Source: Octopus bimaculoides
Lineage: Eukaryota
Assembly (NCBI RefSeq): GCF_001194135.2
Contig: NC_068991.1
Coordinates: 6,107,651-6,171,650, forward strand
DNA length: 64,000 bases
Reading direction: 5' to 3'
Both the position numbers and the translations under genes were made by a program. Positions 1-14,133 of this stretch are shown one piece after another. The first letter of the stretch is position 1, and every line of letters starts with the position of its first letter. Below the pieces are notes generated by a model. That model was not told the origin of the DNA. It saw nothing but the letters and a program-made list of their open reading frames with translations, and made no database searches.

Positions 1-22
1 CAGACCGACTAGATTTACTGAG
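1..22 (+). CDS. Exon 1 in window (3' end only): xDRLDLL(S)
   Basis: Donor GAG|GTAAAT at 23. The phase-2 end joins exon 7167 in frame (AG|C = Ser). Confidence 0.7.
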
Positions 23-2344
23 GTAAATAGAAGAAGGTGGTATTTTTACTCTGTGGTAGAATGTGAATCTAAGTCACATGAGAGAGATCAGATTAATGTC
101 ATTTTTAAAAAAACCTAAACTTTTTTTTTTGTTAAGCTTTCTCATCGAGCAATCTTTGTTTTAAAGTACATACAAAAGAGATTGTTTGCAATCTGCAAGC
201 AATTTACATCCCTCAACATATATCTTTCATTATTCTTTTTCTATTGTTCTATCTTGACAAAATGTCCCTTACTTTCTTACGTCTCTTTCAAAGCTCTGAA
301 CACTCTCATACTTCTGTGTGTGTGTGTGTGTGAGGTTTCCCAGAATACACATTCTGTGTTTTCTGTTGGTTCTAATCCAGATGGATTCTGCTGAAATAAT
401 TCAAAACATCTTGGACAGTTTCTTTCTTCTTCTTCTTTTTTCTCTTTCTCTCAGCATATGATTTTACATTCCAAATTTACCCCAGAGTTTATAAATACCC
501 TTGAAATCAATCATTCTTCAGCAATTGTTGTAATTCTTGCAGGCAGTTTTTATCTCGGCCTAGCATTTTGGTCACTAACCAAATTACACCTCTACTAAAT
601 CAACTGACATCACTTTTTCATCACTATTCAACATCAATGACCTGTAATTTATTTCTTCAACATTGTACAATCTGCTCTTTCTCTCTTCTCTTTACTATTC
701 ATGTGATGCCAATGTTTTGCAGTACATACATATATTGGTAGAAGCATGTTTCAAATCCACACTTAAAAAAAAAAATTTAGTGAGATAATTATTATTTCAC
801 TTCTCTATGGACTCTGCATTTTGCATTTTTTTTTTTTTAATATATATATAAGTAATATATATAAACAATATTATTTATATACAAATTATCACACAAACAC
901 ATTCTTATCATACTAACTTAAGATTCAGTATTTTCTGTTTTACAAACCTTTGTTTTGTAGAAAAGTAGTTTGATGGAAAAAATATTTAAAAAACTGTACA
1001 AATTATATTTACTGGCCAATAAATTTTATTATTGTGGATGATTTATTTGTTTTGCTTTTTTTTTTAAAAAAAATTTTTTGTAAAAGCTTTTGTTGTTAAA
1101 AGATTGGACAGATTGATAGAATGTTACCTTAAACATAAAAAAAAGACAGCTCAGTGTTAGTTACAGATCAATAGGGCTCTTAACTGGTTTAGTAACATTT
1201 GATGCAGGAGTTTGAAAGGGTTTTTCATCTATGAAAAGTCAATTTTAAGCTAACGTAGCTAGAACTTATATCACCAGTCAACAGATCAAAGCATTTTGAT
1301 ATATTAAAATTGATTGTGGGTAGTCAGTCTCTTGAGAGGCATTGATCTTTTTTTATTAAAATAATTAATATTTCCAGTGCAGCAATTGAATATTACAAAT
1401 TTCTGAAAATGTTGATGGTTTGGAAAGATCTGTGAAAATATTTTGCAGGTGGGCTCAGTGGCTCAGTGGTTAGGGAAGCTGAGACTCTTTGTCCAGAGAT
1501 CATACAAAAGCCTCTTTTTCCAATTTCATTTTCATATTAGTTTACAAGTATTTCCCCCATGATATATCTTTGATATCAAAAACTTTGCTAATATTTGCCT
1601 CTAGTTTTCAGCTAGAAAACTTAATAGACCTTGCATATGAAGCAGAGAACAATAGCTGTGGGAAATAAGAAACTTGGGATCTTTTGATCAGAAAGTTAAA
1701 AACCTCTTTAATCTCAAGGCCATTGTATTTCATTAAGAACTCATATCCGGATCCATCCGAAGTTGAACCAGAATTAACTGCTTGGAAGATAACCAAACTA
1801 ATCCTTTACACAGGGACACAGAGAAAACGTGAACTGTGCAAGTCCAGAGCCAGCTCCTTGCCCTTCAGTCCCAGATCACCGGTGCTCAACCTGCGGCAAA
1901 GCCTTCTGAGCACACACACTGGACTGATCGGTTACAGTCGGACACACTGTGCCCCTTCTTCTCCCATCTGATGTCTTTGGTCATTGTTGATAATGATGGA
2001 CAAACTAATTATTTACTTTCTCCAGCCAACCTAACTGACAAATTGTTACCATTAGGAACAGATTCCTCTTCTGGCATCACATTGTTTTTGAAGAGGATTT
2101 ATACAACCATATAACCCAGGGCAACATGAAGAATGGGATTTACAAAAATTAAATGCCAGAGTAGTTCTTACCTTAAAAAAGACCCCAAAGCTTCATAGGT
2201 ATTTATAAACATCACAGCTACATGAGGTCTCCAGTACTATACATGTCTTTTCATTTTGAAAATGGAAAGGCATACAACACCACACTGTTGTTAAGACAGT
2301 CAGATTTCATAGATTAAAATATAATTGATAAGATTTCTAGATAT

Positions 2345-2382
<38 letters not shown>

Positions 2383-2614
2383 TTTTAATCAGTAATATAG
2401 TTTTCATTTAACAACTATTTCCTATCAACAGATATATGTCTAAGATGTTAACCTCTTTATGATATATTTTACTAACTGAACAAATTTATCATTGCGTTAA
2501 TTTATTGTTTGCTTTGTTTGCAATGTCCTGTACCCAGATATGCACCTATACATACAGGTGGATGTCGGTATGCACATACCTGTACGTATATATGCATATA
2601 CTCATTTACTATTT

Positions 2615-2665
<51 letters not shown>

Positions 2666-2918
2666 TAGAAAAGAATTATTGAGATCTATTATTATTAATA
2701 ATAAGGGCGGTGAGCCGGAAAAACCATTGGGATGCCAGGCAAAATGCTTAGCAGCATTTCATCATTCCTTATTTTCTGAGTTCAAATTCCATCGAGGTTC
2801 ACTTTGCCTTTCATCCTTTAGGGGTCGATAAATTGAGTACCAGTTGTATATTGGTGTTGATGTAATCAACCAACCCCCCTCCCCCAAAATTTCAGGCTTT
2901 ATGCCTATGATAGAAAGG

Positions 2919-2979
<61 letters not shown>

Positions 2980-4412
2980 GTATTTATGTATGTATGTATG
3001 TGTGTGTATGTATGTACGCATGTATACATATATAAATATATAGGTGGCTAGCTGTGGACACAGCTAGCCACCTACACTTTTCTCTGCAAAATAGGGTTAG
3101 TTTATCCTGTTCAGGCTATATTATTAGCATTATTCTGCGATTGAGAATTTAAAATCACTTCTGTAACTTTCTAAAAGACATCTCAACGCTTCTAAAAGCA
3201 AACTTCGTTTGTTTATTTACGTTTGTCGTAATTTGAATATAAATATATACATATATATATATGAATTATTATTAACAACATCACTAGCAATGGATTTATT
3301 AAATGGGGCAAGGAGCTAATTTAAATGCTTTATGGTATCTTGTTTGCTATGTCATTGAGGGTTGACCCCCCACTTCTCTAAATTAAGAATAAGAATGATA
3401 ATAATAAAATAAGGAGCATTAAATATTAGGGACGCATCATCAATTATAAACCTCAAGAAATCAGTATTTTGATATCGTATTTATTTTATGATGTTCCTTT
3501 ATAGAAAGCAAAAATTTCGGTGTAGTTGTTGTTGTTGTTGTTGTTGTTGCTGCTGTGTTTTTTGTTGTTGTTGTTGTTGTTGAACCCCAGTTCCGATCTG
3601 GTTAAGCTAGCATCTGTTCAAAGGTGTTCCTGCCATGATCATCCCCACCCCTTTTTCTTTAATCTCCAGGCATAGTTTATCTAGGACTACATTATCAAAA
3701 AATTAATTGTTGTGATCTGAGAGAGATTTACCTGCTATTTCTAACAGGTCCAGTGATCACACATATGCTCCCTTACAGTACAGTTGTATTCAAAGGTGGA
3801 CATTCAATGTAACAAAATAACATGAACCAATAAGAGTTTTCACTGGCAATTTTGTCTTACCATTAAAAATATATTTTCTTGCAACATGGCTCTCGTTATA
3901 TTTGTTGATTATCCTTTCAATTCTATATAACAATACCAACATATATTACTATAATTAAAGTGGTGGGTTGGCAGAATTTTTAGAGCATCAAACCAAATGC
4001 CTTGCAGTATTTTTTCCAGTTCTTTGCAATCTGAGTTCAAATCCCATGGAAGTCAGCATTGCTGTTCATCCTTTTTTTTTTTTTTTGTATATTGTATTAA
4101 GTTTTGTCTCTTTTGTGTTTTATTTTCAAATTCAGTCAGCATTGATTTTTACACTTCCAGAGTTAGTATGTCATAAAGTTATATTTACATATTTACTCCC
4201 ATATAATGTGATGCCAAATATAATGCAACTTTTAATTTTGGTACCTAAAAATCAGTAATATACTTTAACCTCTCTCTCTTTCTCTTCCCCTCTCTTTCTT
4301 TCCCCCTCAGTCTAATACTATATTACAGGTTTGACTCCTATGTTTTCGTCAACTTTCTTGCAGTACATATCTGAGATGCTTGGAGTTAATTAGTTATTCC
4401 AATTAGAAACCA

Positions 4413-4447
<35 letters not shown>

Positions 4448-7400
4448 TAAAGGTAGTCTGCTTTCTAACACAGGTACAAGGAGAGTGTAGTTGAATATAT
4501 TCATCCCAATAGTTAACCCTCTGCTTTTACTGGCCCCAGAAATATGAAATTGTAAAAGCTGCCCTCATCAGGATTTGAACTCAGATTATAAACTGAAGTA
4601 AATAAATACTGCTATGCATTTTGTCTAACACTCTACTGGTTCTACAATTCACTGCCCTTTTGTCAAAATTGATTATTTCTTTTGACTGTTCATGAGGTTG
4701 AATCTGAAGAGGGAGCATTTATGGACCCATTTGAAATAGACTTTATATTCTCAAATATCTGGTGTATGCATGAACATGCATACACAGCCTCACTAATGAG
4801 GCCAGTACCACATAAAACGTCATACTCTTAAAAATAGTTGGCGTCAAGAGAAACCATGCCAAAGTAGCTGTTGGAACTTGATGCAGTCCTCTGGTTTACC
4901 AATTCCTATCAAAGCATCCAACTCATGCCAACATGGAGCACAGATGTTAAATGAGGATGAAAATGATGATGATGATCACTGCACTGCGGATATTGGATGA
5001 TAACTCTCACACACACATACACATGCACTTAAAACCAGATCAATCCCGATGAAGCTAACCTACAATCAAGATCTATGGCTAGCCCATCGTTTTTTAGGAG
5101 TATCTAGGGTTACGTTCTCTCATGCATTCTTTCTTTATTTCAGACTGTAGGATGAGAAAGATTTGGTTACTATTTATAGCTGGTTGATCAGTGACACTGG
5201 GAATCCCTCGGTTGGTTCAAATTATTACTAATGGCATCTGCGACATTATCTCTAATATCTATTTTCCGTACTGTTGAATAAGTCTGAAAGTACTTCAACC
5301 TCATGTCTGTGTCTGCAGCATTGGTTCTGCATCCATTGTCCATACTAGTGGCATTAAAGGAGCACTCTGTCGGTTATGACAACGAGGGTCCCATCTGATA
5401 TGATCAACAGAACAGCTTGCTTGTGAAATTAACATGCAAGTGGCTGAGCACTCCACAGACACGTGTACCCTTAACATAGTTCTCAGGGAAATTCAGCATT
5501 ACACAGTGTGACAAGGCTGGCCCTTTGAAATACAGGTACCACTTGTTTTTGCCAGCTGAGTGGACTGGAGCAACGTGAAATAAAGCGTCTTGCTCAAAGA
5601 CACCACACGTCGCCGGGAATTGAACTCACGACCTTACGGCATAAGTTGAACAAGTCTGTACTACTGCTCAGCTCACAATATTTCTCACTGTATACCATGA
5701 AGTGTATATCTACCAATTGACAAGCTATGTCAAGGATTTCTTTAAAATGGAAGGAAGAGCTCCAATCCACAGAATCAATCCTATAGTACGAGTGCCAAGT
5801 TGACTGTGGCAAAATTGGAACTTGGAACTGGAGAAACAAAACTGAATACTTATCAAACATTTTGTCTGATGTTCCTCAAATACCTTGAGAAAATATAGAA
5901 AGGTTTCTACCTCTCTCGTTCACATACGGTATATAGATTGGTTTCAGTTCTATATTTAAGACATGAGGAATTATGTACATTATTTACATTTGACGGATAT
6001 CTGTCCTCATCTTGTTTGTTAACACGTTTCGGCTGATAGACCCTCCAGCCTTCATCAGGTGTCTTGGGGAAATTTCAAACCTGGGTTCTCATTCTGAAGG
6101 TATTTTTCAATGCTATTATTATTGGTTAAGAGTGTGGGCTACTAACCCGAAAATTCAGAGTTCGATTCCAGGCAGTAACGTGAATAATAATAAAAATAAT
6201 AATAATAACATTGAAAAATACCTTAGGAATGAGAACCGAGGTTCGAAATTTCCCTAGGACACCTGATGAAGGCTGGAGGGTATATCAGCCGAAACATTGT
6301 GTTAACAACAAACAAGTTGAGGACAAATATCCATCAAATGTAAATAATGTAGATTGGTTTCATTAGTATCAGTATTTTACTAGAGTTTATTTAATTGACC
6401 CTGGAGGGTAAAAGGTAAAATTGGCTTTGCATATTCTAGGTTAAGAACTGAGGTTTTTAACTAGAACCATAGATAATTTAGACTAGGTCTCTTTTCTATC
6501 ATATGTTCCAGAGAAAATGAGAATCAAATTGATACATCATATATTTCAGAAAACCATTCAAATCAGACATTGTTCATAAATTATTAGTAGAATTACTAGA
6601 AAAGCCATCATTCATTTTATTTAATTACTTTGTAATTTATTATTTTGGTGCTTACAGTGGGTACCACATTTCAATATGCTTGCAGTGGGCATGTTAAGGC
6701 AATTATAAGTTTTCAGTGGAATGAACCCACAATTTTGTTTCAATTCCTCTTTTGGAAACTGTTTTACTTCACCTACATTATTCATACACTCACGAAAGAC
6801 CTGAATATCACCACTTCTATTTTTTACTCCATTAAAAACGGCTCTGTGTCTGTATGGAACTGCTTTATTCAAATGATGTATTATTTTGGAAAAACTAATA
6901 AAGGTTTGATTGAGTTACCTATAATTACAGTCATATACACTTAAATGTTAATTGCTTTTCTAAAGTAAAATTTAATTTATCGACTGATAAACTTTTTGTG
7001 TGTCTCTGAATATTTTGTGATGCTTTACAAAATACCTTGATAACACCTGTACTTAATGGCTGTGAATCTTATTTTTAAAACACTTCTGAGCTTACCTGAA
7101 TCAAATGCTAAAATTTGTACTAAAATGTTCACAGATTTTACCTTTTAATTTTTGTTTATTTAATAGCCGATCAAGAGGCAGAGGACGGAAAAATTTTGCT
7201 TTGAATATGTTAGAACCTCTGTTAACTGAAGTACCAGAAGAAGGTGAAAATGGTACTAAAAACTTTGAGGTAAATCCTTGATGTAACATTACTTGATCCT
7301 AATTAATGTAGAATAGTTTTGTTCTCGTTTTAATTGCGAAGGTAATTATTTTAAATACAATTGTAATTAGATGTTTATTGATTTTGCTGAATTTAAGTAG

Positions 7401-9856
7401 TGTGCACTCATAAACATAATGCTTCTCTTCAGTTAACTACTAAAGAATGTTCTTTTGCTTCTAGTAATGATTGATAATGTGTAAGCCAGTGTTGAAGTGA
7501 ATCAGAGGAGATATGGAATGGGGTAATTAGAACTGTCCTCAATGGATTGATGTAACGAAAACAGATTCGTGGTAGCAAGAGAAAGGGGGAAGTTTGTAGT
7601 CATAAGAAATGTGCCGAAATATAAGTACATGAATGGTATATGAGGAAATGTTGGTAAACTTTGAACCTAATTTTAACACTTTTTGTCCCTCCAGGGTTAG
7701 TAGTTATTTTAAATTAATATTAAAACTAATGTACATCTGGAAAAAGATATACTTTGTGAGAGAATGCAATACCTTCTGATAGCAATTGAACCACACAGTG
7801 GTGATTAGGTGAACATGCTAATGATTATGTTTATAATTAACATTTATTTTATTATTATTTCAAATTAATCCATTTATGTTTAGTTCATAATTAATATCTC
7901 AGGCTCGTGCTTCATTTATTTTTGTATTTAAAAAAAACATTTTCTTCTTTTTTTGTTGTCTCAAGTATAGATCGTAAAACCTTCTTCAAAATGTAAATTA
8001 AATTACAGTTGATTTTAAAAAAAAAATATTTGTTGCTGTTGTTTAGCTGGATTTTATTTACTTATCATTTTATTTAAGTTCTGTCTTATGAATTTGTCAC
8101 AACTGAAAAATTATCATTATTATTGTTGTTATTGTTGTTGTTGTTGTTGTTGTTGCTGTGGTTCAAAGAATGGATTAGTTGATGCTGAATATCTCCAATA
8201 AGCAGATTTATTCTATAGAGATTAACCAGTTATTTGCTATTTATCACTTTTGGTGGAATCAAAACTTTGGTAGGCCTCAAAACCAAATGAACAAACCCTC
8301 ATTTAATTACTAATTTCACCTGATCCCTAATCCAACACTTTGTCACGAATGTATCATCTTGTTTGGGTCTCTTGTTTTTATATTTGTTGTTGTAATAATT
8401 ATAGTAAAGGAGTTTGCTTGTGTCATAGAAATACCAAAGCACAGCTTGTGCCCTTCAGATACCCTTCTGAAACAAATTTTTTGTGTGTTCCTGGGTGCCA
8501 CAATAGGAATAATGTGTTGAGTACAAGATTCCTTTGAGCTTTTGTCTTCAGACCAACTATAAAAGATGTCAAATGAGTGCAAACAAAAATGCAAGAGATA
8601 GGTAAACAGGAGAATAACCTTAGATTGGGTGGGTATATAAAAGAAAGTATATAGTATTTAGTTTTTAGATGGTCACAGCACTCTTAACATTTATTTATAA
8701 AGCTGTAGTTCTTTAAATGTAGTAGATGTGTTTGTGTGTGTGTGTATGTATTTTGTGTGCTGGTGCCACGTAAAAGCACCCAGCACACTTGTAAAGTGAT
8801 TGGCATTTGGAGCAGTTGTAGAAACCATTACAAATCAGACTGGAGCCTGGTGCAGCTCTCCAGCTTCCCAGCATGGACAATAGCCATTAAATGAAGATGA
8901 TGATATATATATGTATATATATAGTTTGTTGCAAGGAGAGATTGGGTAGTGGAGTATTTAATGTAGTAACAATAAGAAATATATGAAGGGGGCTTTTCTG
9001 ATTCATTCAGTGTTTCTCTTGAGTAACAATAGATATATGCAACTGTTGTGTCTTTTTGCTACTCAACCATCTAGCTACTTCATCAGCAGAGAATAGACAT
9101 GTGCAGTCATTAACCCTTTAGCATTCAGATTTCTGTGTCAAATGTAATACTTATTTATTCACATTGTTTTGAACTAATTATGCATAATCTTTTTGCATTG
9201 AGATTTCAATGATGTGATCAAATATTTGTAGGGTGGGTGCGAGAGGTCAGATCTGGTTAGTTTTAACATAAATCAGGCAGGATATTTAGGCCAGATATGG
9301 CTGGTTTGAAAGTTAAAGGGTTAAAGTATCTCTACTATTTAGATTGTTGAGTAATAACTATGTCATATAATAATTATATTATTTGACACTTACACACAAC
9401 ATGCTGGTTTTTGTATGTATCATAATGGCCATTTGTAATGTGTTTCTATGAATTAATTGTAATATAACTCTGGTATAGCAGATATCATAAGTGCTGTGAC
9501 AGATCCTAGACAACAAAAAGATATTAAAATTTAAGTAAAATAAACTTGTTTTGAATAGATACAAATTGTGGTTTCTGACATTTTCGTTTTTCTTAATACA
9601 TTTCTTTACATTTTTCTTAAACGTACAATAGACATTTGATCATTTTGAAATACAAGCACTGCAGTGGTTGACATAGACTAAAACTTGTGATATAAGGCGT
9701 AAGAGTGGCTGTGTGGTAAGTAGCTTGCTTACGAACCACATGGTTCTGCGTTCAGTCCCACTGTGTGGCACCTTGGGCAAGTGTCTTCTACTATAGCCTC
9801 GTGTCGACCAAAACCTTGTGAGTGAATTTGGTAGACGGAAACTGAAAGAAGCCCGT

Positions 9857-9907
<51 letters not shown>

Positions 9908-12900
9908 ATGTTTGTGTCTGTGTTTGTCCCCCGCAACATCATTTGACAACCGATGCTGGTGTGCTTATGTCCCCATACCTTAGCGGTTTGGCAAAAGAGA
10001 CCAATAGAATAAGTACTAGGCTTACAAAGAATAAGTCGATTTGCTTGACTAAAGGCGGTGCTCCAGCATGGCCACAGTCAAAATGACTGAAACAAGTAAG
10101 AGTATATAATCAAGCTAAATAAATAGTTTTTTTTTCTCTTCCTTCTTTTTTCTTCTTCTGCTTTCTACTTCACGTAATCCTTTATTGAAATGAAAATATC
10201 CTTCTTAAATTAAAGGAATAATATAGCTTGATTGTTTTAGAAACAGTTAACAAGTAAAATACGTTTGTTTTAGCTCATGATTATTTTTCATTTACTGATA
10301 CACAGCAAAATATTTTTCTTCATTTAAAACATAATCATTCATTATTATCAAATCTCAAATCAAAAATACTAATTGACCCTTGAAGTCCAAGTGTATACAT
10401 AATAGACATTGATGTGCAAAGAATGGAATACAAGGTTTAATTTTCCAAACAAACTTCTTTTTTCCATTAATTCAATCTGATGAGAAATAGTAATATCCAT
10501 AGCTTTTCTAGGCAGTCCTAGGCTGAGGATATGGACATCCGAGTCAGATTCATATGTCTAATGTACTTTTTGATGTTGCTTTTTTTTTTTTTTTTTTTTT
10601 TTTGCTTCTGTTTTTTTTAATGGTCCTTTTTTTTTTGTGGGGGGAGGAAATTTCCACGGTGAGGTAGTTGCAGAGAGATGTAGATATCAGGACGAAAGAA
10701 TGTGCTGAGTCTAATGATCAAAACAGGATTAGAAGTGATGGAAGGAGGTAAGGTGGGTGGAAGGGGTGGACTAAAGTAGTAGACTTAATATGCATTTAGT
10801 ATCTAGTAAATAGAAATGTAGCATTGGATGGAGTTAATGGAATTGTAAGTTACTGGTTTATGTACAATGGTAAATTGAGACTTATTTACCTATTGAATAC
10901 AAGACAAGTGAAGGAAATATTTTATCAATTACATTTATACTGACATTATGCAGTTAGCCTTAATTCCAGTTATCTTATTTAATCTTTTAGGAACATCAAT
11001 TTATTATAGAAAAGAAAGATATGGAAAATTATGATAAATTTCCTGTTTGGAAAATTGAAGCGGGAAGACTTCAAAAATATGAACTAGTAAATGAAGATGG
11101 GAAAATTAGACACAGAGCTGTGCCGACAGTAAGTAATTTAGAATACTTTCTAAATGTCTCTTTTTGAATTGAAGTGCAAAAAGTTGTTCTTAACTTGCAG
11201 CATTGTTCGCACATCGGACAAAATGCTTGGCAGCATTTTTTTCCGGCTCTTTTACGTTCTGAGTTCAAAATTCCGCTGAGGTCTACTTTACCTTTCATCC
11301 CTTACAGGATTGATAAAATAAAGTACCGGTCATATACTGGGGTTGATGTAATCGACTTGCCATCCCACCCACCCCTCAGAATGTCTGGTGCTGGACCCTG
11401 CAACAGACTGATGGCTCGTTTCAGTGGGGGGAGGATGATGTGATTTTGATCACTTGGAAACTGAGCGATTGGCTTTATGAGTCGTAGGGGTTCAAGAAAA
11501 CGCAAAATATTATTTACATTAAATTTATTTGTTTACATAATCTGCATACTTTTTTATAAGGTTTTTCATCTTCAAATTTTTAAGGAAACCTTGATTACAC
11601 TTTGGAATATTCACTGATTTTCTTCTCCTCCTTTGTTCTATTTTTATTGGTTTTTTTATAGACAATAACGAATGCTAATTGCTACATTATAAGCCAGTAG
11701 AGATAATCGAATTCATGGACAGTCCTCTATCTCTGCGGTTTTCTTTATCATTTCTTGAAATTTTAGCTTGTATGCCATCATTTGTTCTACAACCATCAGT
11801 ACCAAACTAACAACTGAATTTATTATTTGAATGGAATTAGGGAATGCAATTTGCAATTACTGTTTGTACTAAACGCTACTCAGTTTTCTTTCTCTGTGAT
11901 AAGCCAAACTCCATTCATTTCAGCAATGTTTGATCATTACCATATTCTTCCTAAACCAGTAGGTTTTGTTTTGGTATCGGCTATAAACAAGTTTTATAAA
12001 AGCTTGGTCTTGGAATTCATTATAATCCTTCACGTAAATGATTTGTGAAAAATAACTTTATAACTAAACAAAAACCTTAAATTGAAATTTTAAAATGATG
12101 TTGTAACAGAATGGTTGTCATACCGGTTTCTAAGCCATAGATCTTAACTGATGTAATCATTAGTCATCGCCACCTCTATATCAGCACCAGCCTCGTTATT
12201 CTGAGAGCATCTATTTGCATCATTTTCAGATCTAAACTTACCTCATCATTCATCTTCTTCCTTGATCTACTTTACTATGTGAACCTCCATCTCCTGGTTT
12301 TTGTTGAGCCAGAATGCATCATCCATTTGCCTGTCCGTAGCAGTGCTTTGATTTTGGTCTATAGACATTAATCAACACCTCTCCTGCTTATGCTCTTCCT
12401 TGTTTCATATCCAGTCTTTCTCATAAGTTACCAATATCACATCTCAGGGAATCATACTGAAGTTGTTTCTTTTAAATCACTGTAGATCCTCCGCATTTTC
12501 TATATGTTATGACTTTCACACATGTCTCATGTAGAGTATAGATTAAGGAATTGAAGGCCTTTACTTTCCAACAAGAACAGTAAGTTCTTAAAACCATCTT
12601 TCATCACCTTCAAACCTTGGACATTCTGCAGCTACAATTATTTAGTCCTTTGCCTGTGTTGTGAACATATCCATTTTATAAAATTGTGTACGTGTGAGTG
12701 TTGATGCCTGAATGGTCTTTGAGATATTAATAGCATCACGACAGAAGGTTTTTTTTTATATACTGATCTAAGTCTGTTTATCATTATTTCGCGCGCATCA
12801 TTTACTTTTAAAAAACTTTATAATATGAAGTTAAGGCTGACTTTTGAATAATCTTTAATCTTTGGAAATGTCATTGTTTGCTCAGTCATGGTACTTTCTG

Positions 12901-14092
12901 TCTATTTATATCTAACGGTACCTTTATATTTAATGTTGCTTTCAGTGTGCTCACAGCTATCAGCAGATTTGTGATTCAGCTTTTTAATTTTTTAATTTTT
13001 TTTTCTAGCAACAACTAATTTTTTTCTGGGTTTTTTTGTTAATTTTTTTTTCAACTAAATATCAAAATGTGGTTTTTAGGATTCTTTTATTGTTGGAGAT
13101 TTCAACTGCAGAAAACTAATTTTAATTCACTGCACAGTAGCATTCTCTCTTTGCCTTTTCTCTCTCTTACACTTCCTGACTCTGCTTTCTACTGACATAT
13201 CAGTAAAAACTTCTCTCCAAATTATAAGTTTGATTCCAGCATCAGCTAGGTTTTGTTGATTCCAGTCTCCTTTCATATTTGTCGGGTGTTTTTGAAGAAA
13301 GACAGTGGTTTTAATTTACCTATGTCAGTTGTACCAAATATAAACTTGGATATTTAATGATTGGTGTTTGAGGAAAATTATGCAGAACATCATGGAAGCA
13401 TAATTGATTAATTCTGTATAAGAAAATAGTATTTCTAGCTTTACTCTAAAACAGAATCGGGGGTATATAACCCTTAAAGCAACAGGTCTGAGATATCTTC
13501 TCTTATAAAAAATTCATTCTCCATTTTGTCATATGTAAATTTTCTTAAAGCATTATGTTGATCAACACTGAATATAATTACAAAATTTTCTATTGGTATA
13601 ATTAAATTGAGTTAATTACTGTAGTTTTCTTCGTCATTGAATTTCTATGATAATGTTTTTCTTTGGTCTCTTTATTTAACAGTATAGAACTTGGACTGCA
13701 GCCTGGAGAAAACAGTTCAGTCCTATTAAAACCAAATTAATTTCTCAAGGGTTTAATTCAGAAATTGTAGAAGTAGAAGATGAATATTTTCCAAGACCCT
13801 CATATAAAAACAGGTAAGAGACAGTGTTTGCTTCTTATCTAACTTTTAAGTATTTTTTTTGGGGGGGGGGGACACACACAAAAGAAAACTTATTGTTGTG
13901 GGAGAATATACAAAAAATAACAACAGACGAGGACAGGTGGTGTAAATAACAAAAGTATATATTAGTATGACGCTCGGGAATACGGAAAGTCTTTGACGTT
14001 TCGAGCTACGCTCTTCAACAGAAAGAATACGGAGACAAGGAGAAAAACACGGAGAAAAAAAAAAAAAATTGAATTGTTGCTTCTTCTTCTTG

Positions 14093-14133
<41 letters not shown>

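Larger units (their letters stand above)
5947..6349. mobile_element. Inverted tRNA-head / Penelope-like-tail retroelement flanked by a 13-bp TSD
   Basis: The direct repeat TAGATTGGTTTCA lies at 5934-5946 and 6350-6362. Arms 5947-6123 (-) and about 6196-6349 (+) are reverse complements. The central 6124-6180 has A-box/B-box-like GGTTAAGAG...GAGTTCGATTCC, and each arm holds a hammerhead core. Confidence 0.85.

Noticed and set aside
1608-1796. Minus-strand ORF with QLLFSASY resembling DEAD-box motif III
   Set aside because: It is antisense to a decayed RTE LINE fragment, and no other helicase motifs or splice sites are present.
2538-2599. 62-nt hairpin of pre-miRNA size in a sense intron
   Set aside because: The arms are low-complexity TA/CA-derived sequence and there is no lower stem for Microprocessor.
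6124-6180. tRNA-like sequences here and in SINE heads considered as tRNA genes
   Set aside because: None forms a complete cloverleaf with an acceptor stem; all are embedded in repeats.
10660-10668. TGAGGTAGT matches the first 9 nt of let-7
   Set aside because: The following bases diverge and no hairpin partner is nearby.
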